This document shows, in pieces, positions 60,704 to 64,000 of a stretch of 64,000 nt of DNA. The notes below the pieces were generated by a model. The model did no database searches. It saw nothing but the letters and a program-made list of their open reading frames with translations, and was not told the DNA's origin. Made by a program: the position numbers and the translations under genes. Every line of letters begins with the position of its first letter. Position 1 is the first letter of the stretch. The stretch spans positions 125,538 to 189,537 of the forward strand of contig JACJYE010000003.1 of the NCBI GenBank assembly GCA_020636255.1. The letters run 5' to 3'. Source of the DNA: Lewinellaceae bacterium. GTDB lineage: Bacteria; Bacteroidota; Bacteroidia; Chitinophagales; Saprospiraceae.

Positions 60704-60839
60704 AAATTAGCAGCTTTTACAAAGAAATAAAAGGAAAACCACTTGCGACAGGTATTCTCCTTCTCTTTTCTAATTCATCCCGCAGCCAAAATACCTGTAT
60801 GGCTGCGCCGGATGAAACAAAACGCCGGATAAATGGTTT

Positions 60840-60857
60840 AGAGCTTGTTTGGAGGCC
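60840..60857. repeat. Solo copy of the TAGAGCTTGTTTGGAGGCC dispersed element.
   Basis: 'tttagagcttgtttggaggcc' at 60838-60858. Another solo copy in reverse orientation lies at 43938-43955. Confidence 0.6.
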
Positions 60858-60869
60858 ACTCCAAAACCG

Positions 60870-60902
60870 GGAAGCCCAACCAGCTATGCCGGTTGGGCTT
60901 CC
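60870..60902 (-). terminator. Probable terminator of the SprB-like adhesin gene.
   Basis: 12-bp stem 'ggaagcccaacc' / 'ggttgggcttcc', loop 9 nt; on the minus strand followed by 'cggttttgg'. Confidence 0.5.
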
Positions 60903-60925
60903 AAACCTTCAGAAGGCGTCAGGGG

Positions 60926-63900
60926 TCATCGCAACAACAGGATATCTCCCTTGTATAATTCCGTTACCCCATCTACGAATTCTATCTCGGCCATGTAGAC
61001 ATACACTCCACCGTTCATCAGCTCGCCGCGGTGCGTGCCGTCCCAGCCGTAAGCCGGGTTGTTCGGGTCGAAATCGTGTAACTCATACATGGGCTCACCC
61101 CAACGGTTGAAGATCAGGAATGATTTTACATTCACCGCTTCGGGGCCGGTGAAGATGGTAAAGCGGTCGTTCTGCCCATCGCCGTTAGGCGAGAAGACGT
61201 TCGGGATAAACACGTTGCGCCGCCGGTCCACAAATACAGTAATGCGGTCGAAGGCCGTACAACCGTTCTCATCGGTGACCCGGACACTGAATGCCGTCGA
61301 CTCGAACGGCCGGGCGTATGGGTCCGGGCAGTTGAGGCAGCTCAGGTCGTCCGAAGCTTCCCACCGATACATCGTCACCGGATAGGTCGTCTGAGCGTAC
61401 AACTGTATGCTGTCTCCTAGCTTGATCTCTTTGTCAATGCCCAGCTCGACGGCCAACTGCTCCGGCTGGTATATCTCCATCTGATCTTCCCACAAGCACC
61501 CGTTGGCGTCCTGGACCTCTACCGTATGTTCCCCTATACCGAGCTGCCCGAACTGTGGAACGCCGCCAAAGGCAGAACCATCGATACTATACAGGTAAGG
61601 CCCTACACCACCATTCACGCCATTGACGATGATAATACCCGATTCATCCCCGTAACAGGGCGGGTCGATCGATTCCAGGGCCACCGACAAGGGTGCGGGG
61701 GCATTCAGCAAAGCGCTGGCCGAATCGGGACAGGCGTGCTGGTCACTCACCGTCAGCGAATAAGAGCCGGCAGCCAGGCCATCCAGGTCTTCCAGGCGGC
61801 CTCCGGTACTCCAGTGGTAATTGTATGGCGGAGTACCGCCTACTACCGTAGCATCGATCGAGCCATCCGATTCGCCGTAACAACTGGTGTTGAAATTGCT
61901 GTACTGCGATAACAACAGGGAAATATCGATCGGGTCGGGCTGGGTAAGCGTTAGGTTAAAGGTAGTAGACACGCTGAAAGGCGAACTGTCTACAACGCTC
62001 ACCTGGTATTGCCCGGCAGGCAGCCCCTGCAGCAACTGCTCCAGGTTGTTTCCGTCGAGCATACCGCTGCCACTGGGCCCTGACGGCAGAGCGTGCCAGC
62101 TATACTGGTAGGGCGGCGTGCCGGCCTGCATCTCGAAGGTAATACTCCCGTCGGCCATGCCTGAGCAACTTATGTTGGTTTGCCCGACTTCGTACTCAAG
62201 CGCACAGGGATAAACGCTCAGGTTCAGGGTCACCACACTATCGCAGCCGTTTACCGAACTGAGTACTTCGGTATACGTCCCGCCCTGCGTGAAGCTGTTG
62301 TTACCGACCGGGAAACTGTCACCTTCGCAAATATCTTCGTCGAGTACGATGTCATATACGGGATTGACCGTCAAGGCCAGGTTGACGATGCTATCGCAAC
62401 CGGTTACGGCCGATGTCAGCACATCCTGGTAGCTTCCGCTGGCCGAATAGGTAGACGCGCCTACCGTGTAAGATTCTCCCGAGCAGATCTCCTGAACCAG
62501 GTTCGTCACCGGTATAGGGTGCACCGTAAGCGCCAGGTTGACAATACTATCGCAACCCGTTACGGCCGACGATAGTACGTCCTGGTACTGGCCGGTAGTG
62601 GTATAAGTGGACGTGCCGACGGTAATGGACTCGCCATCGCAAAGCTCCTGAACCAGGTTGGCCACCGGAATGGGGTGCACCATAAGCGCCAGGTTGACGA
62701 TGCTGTCGCAACCCGTCACCACCGAAGATAATACGTCCTGGTACTGGCCGGTAGTGGTATATACGGAACCTCCTACCGGGAAGGTTTCTCCCTGGCAGAT
62801 CTCCTCTACCAGATCCGTCTGCGGGATGGGGTGTACCGTCAGATCCAACGTTACGATGCTATCACAACCCGTAGCCAGCGACATCAGCGTATCTGCATAT
62901 ACCCCGCTAACGGTATAGGCGGAGGCGCCTACATTATAGCTTTCCCCATCGCAGATCTCCTGCGTAAGACTGGTGGTGATCTCGCTGCGCACCGTCAGGT
63001 TGAGCGTAACGATACTGTCGCAGCCCGTAGCCAGCGACACCAGCGTATCTGTATATACCCCGCTTGCCGCATAGGTAGACGTGCCGACGGTGAAATCGTC
63101 GCCGTAACAAACCACCTGCGCGAGCTGCGTGGTGATCTGAGGCCGCACCGTAAGGGCCAGGTTGACGATACTATCGCAACCGGTAGCGGCAGTGAGCACA
63201 TCCTGATAGCTGCCACTGGCCGCATAGGTTGATGAGCCTACAGAGTAGGTATCGCCGAAACAAACGACTTGCGTCAGGTTGGTCACCGGGATAGGATGCA
63301 CCGTCAAGGCCAGGTTGACGATGCTATCGCAACCGGTTACGGCCGATGTCAGCACATCCTGGTATTGGCCGGTAGTAGTATAACTGGAACCGCCGACCGA
63401 GAATGACTCTCCGTCGCAGATCTCCTGCACCAGATCCGTCTGCGGGATGGGGTGTACCGTCAGGCCCAGTGTCACGATGCTGTCGCAACCCGTTGCCACC
63501 GATTGCAACGTATCCATGTATACCCCGCTTGTGGTGTAGGTGGACGTGCCGACGGTATAACTTTCTCCGTCACAGATCTCCTGGGTAAGATCAGTAGTGA
63601 TCTCAGCCCGCACCGTCAGGTTCAGGGTCACGATGCTGTCGCAGCCTGCCGCCGATACCAGCGTATCCATGTATATCCCACTTGCCGTATACGTAGACGT
63701 ACCCACCGTGAAATCTTCGCCATAACACAATACCTGAGTGAGCCCCGTCGTGATCTCTGGCCGCACCGTAAGGGCCAGGTTGACAATACTGTCGCAACCC
63801 GTCACAGCGGTCAGTATATCCTGGTAACTGCCGCTGGCAGAATAGGTTGATGAACCCACCGAGTAGGTATCGCCGAAGCATACGACTTCCGCCAGGTTGG

Positions 63901-64000
63901 TCACCGGTATAGGGTGCACCGTCAAGGCCAGGTTGACTACGCTGTCGCAACCGTTGGATGCGGTGAGTATATCCTGGTAATTACCGCTTGTCGTATAGGT
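60926..64000 (-). CDS. Giant SprB-like cell-surface repeat protein (T9SS type-B CTD). Only the C-terminal ~1025 aa are in the window; the gene continues past position 64000.
   Basis: At least 14 tandem 51-aa repeats 'LTVHPIPxTxLxQEICDGESYTVGTSTYTTSGxYxDxLxSxxTGCDSIVxLx'. Then two SprB repeats 'CSGMADGSITFEMQAGTPPYQYSW' / 'CYGESDGSIDATVVGGTPPYNYHW'. C-terminal 'NVFSPNGDGQNDRFTIF...FNRWGEPMYE...GWDGTHRGELMNGGVYVYMAEIEFVDGVTELYKGDILLLR'. The ORF-track Met at 63925 is internal; the frame stays open to the window edge. Confidence 0.85.
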   Translation of the reverse strand, partial: TYTTSGNYQDILTASNGCDSVVNLALTVHPIPVTNLAEVVCFGDTYSVGSSTYSASGSYQDILTAVTGCDSIVNLALTVRPEITTGLTQVLCYGEDFTVGTSTYTASGIYMDTLVSAAGCDSIVTLNLTVRAEITTDLTQEICDGESYTVGTSTYTTSGVYMDTLQSVATGCDSIVTLGLTVHPIPQTDLVQEICDGESFSVGGSSYTTTGQYQDVLTSAVTGCDSIVNLALTVHPIPVTNLTQVVCFGDTYSVGSSTYAASGSYQDVLTAATGCDSIVNLALTVRPQITTQLAQVVCYGDDFTVGTSTYAASGVYTDTLVSLATGCDSIVTLNLTVRSEITTSLTQEICDGESYNVGASAYTVSGVYADTLMSLATGCDSIVTLDLTVHPIPQTDLVEEICQGETFPVGGSVYTTTGQYQDVLSSVVTGCDSIVNLALMVHPIPVANLVQELCDGESITVGTSTYTTTGQYQDVLSSAVTGCDSIVNLALTVHPIPVTNLVQEICSGESYTVGASTYSASGSYQDVLTSAVTGCDSIVNLALTVNPVYDIVLDEDICEGDSFPVGNNSFTQGGTYTEVLSSVNGCDSVVTLNLSVYPCALEYEVGQTNISCSGMADGSITFEMQAGTPPYQYSWHALPSGPSGSGMLDGNNLEQLLQGLPAGQYQVSVVDSSPFSVSTTFNLTLTQPDPIDISLLLSQYSNFNTSCYGESDGSIDATVVGGTPPYNYHWSTGGRLEDLDGLAAGSYSLTVSDQHACPDSASALLNAPAPLSVALESIDPPCYGDESGIIIVNGVNGGVGPYLYSIDGSAFGGVPQFGQLGIGEHTVEVQDANGCLWEDQMEIYQPEQLAVELGIDKEIKLGDSIQLYAQTTYPVTMYRWEASDDLSCLNCPDPYARPFESTAFSVRVTDENGCTAFDRITVFVDRRRNVFIPNVFSPNGDGQNDRFTIFTGPEAVNVKSFLIFNRWGEPMYELHDFDPNNPAYGWDGTHRGELMNGGVYVYMAEIEFVDGVTELYKGDILLLR
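61700..64000. repeat. 153-bp-period tandem DNA repeats (coding for the 51-aa protein repeats), >=14 units, high inter-unit identity.
   Basis: Near-identical segments, e.g. 'caccgtcaaggccaggttgacgatgctatcgcaaccggttacggccgatgtcagcacatcctggta' at ~62371 and ~63300. 'ggccaggttgacgatactatcgcaaccggt' recurs every ~153 or ~306 bp. Confidence 0.8.

Overview
GC-rich (~58-60%) chromosomal segment that looks like Bacteroidota carrying a type IX secretion system (T9SS). The evidence is six predicted T9SS substrates with type-A or type-B C-terminal sorting domains, the Bacteroidetes-style arginine cluster (GNAT-argG-argC-argD-argF'-argB-argE-argH) and mevalonate-pathway genes. Gene content is mostly housekeeping or accessory-enzymatic: GH97 and GH20 glycosidases, a perR-katG pair, a tryptophanase-like lyase, a flotillin/NfeD pair, azurin, alkaline phosphatase, M12B and S8 T9SS proteases, a NifU-like protein, an HMG-CoA reductase / IDI-2 / GYDIA-kinase cluster, and a giant SprB-like repeat adhesin that runs off the window end. 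There are no CRISPR arrays, rRNA genes or intact mobile elements; one tRNA-Gly(CCC) is present. The most notable unexplained signals are as follows. (1) An Arg-rich leader ORF (…SRRARRRP*) ~170 nt upstream of the arg operon, suggesting ribosome-mediated attenuation. (2) (GGGTAAA)n heptamer microsatellites that terminate two unrelated genes with KGKG tails and encode a stop in all three frames. (3) A dispersed ~20-bp palindromic element (TAGAGCTTGTTTGGAGGCC) present as hairpin, MITE-like pair and solo copies. (4) A T9SS-sorted pentaheme c-type cytochrome. (5) A histone-H1-like AT-hook protein behind a 300-bp AT-rich island. (6) An S8 peptidase interrupted by an in-frame TGA. (7) Decayed remnants of a MobA/MobL-like relaxase plus a degenerate VapBC module. 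Many long antisense ORFs in the six-frame track are artefacts of high GC.
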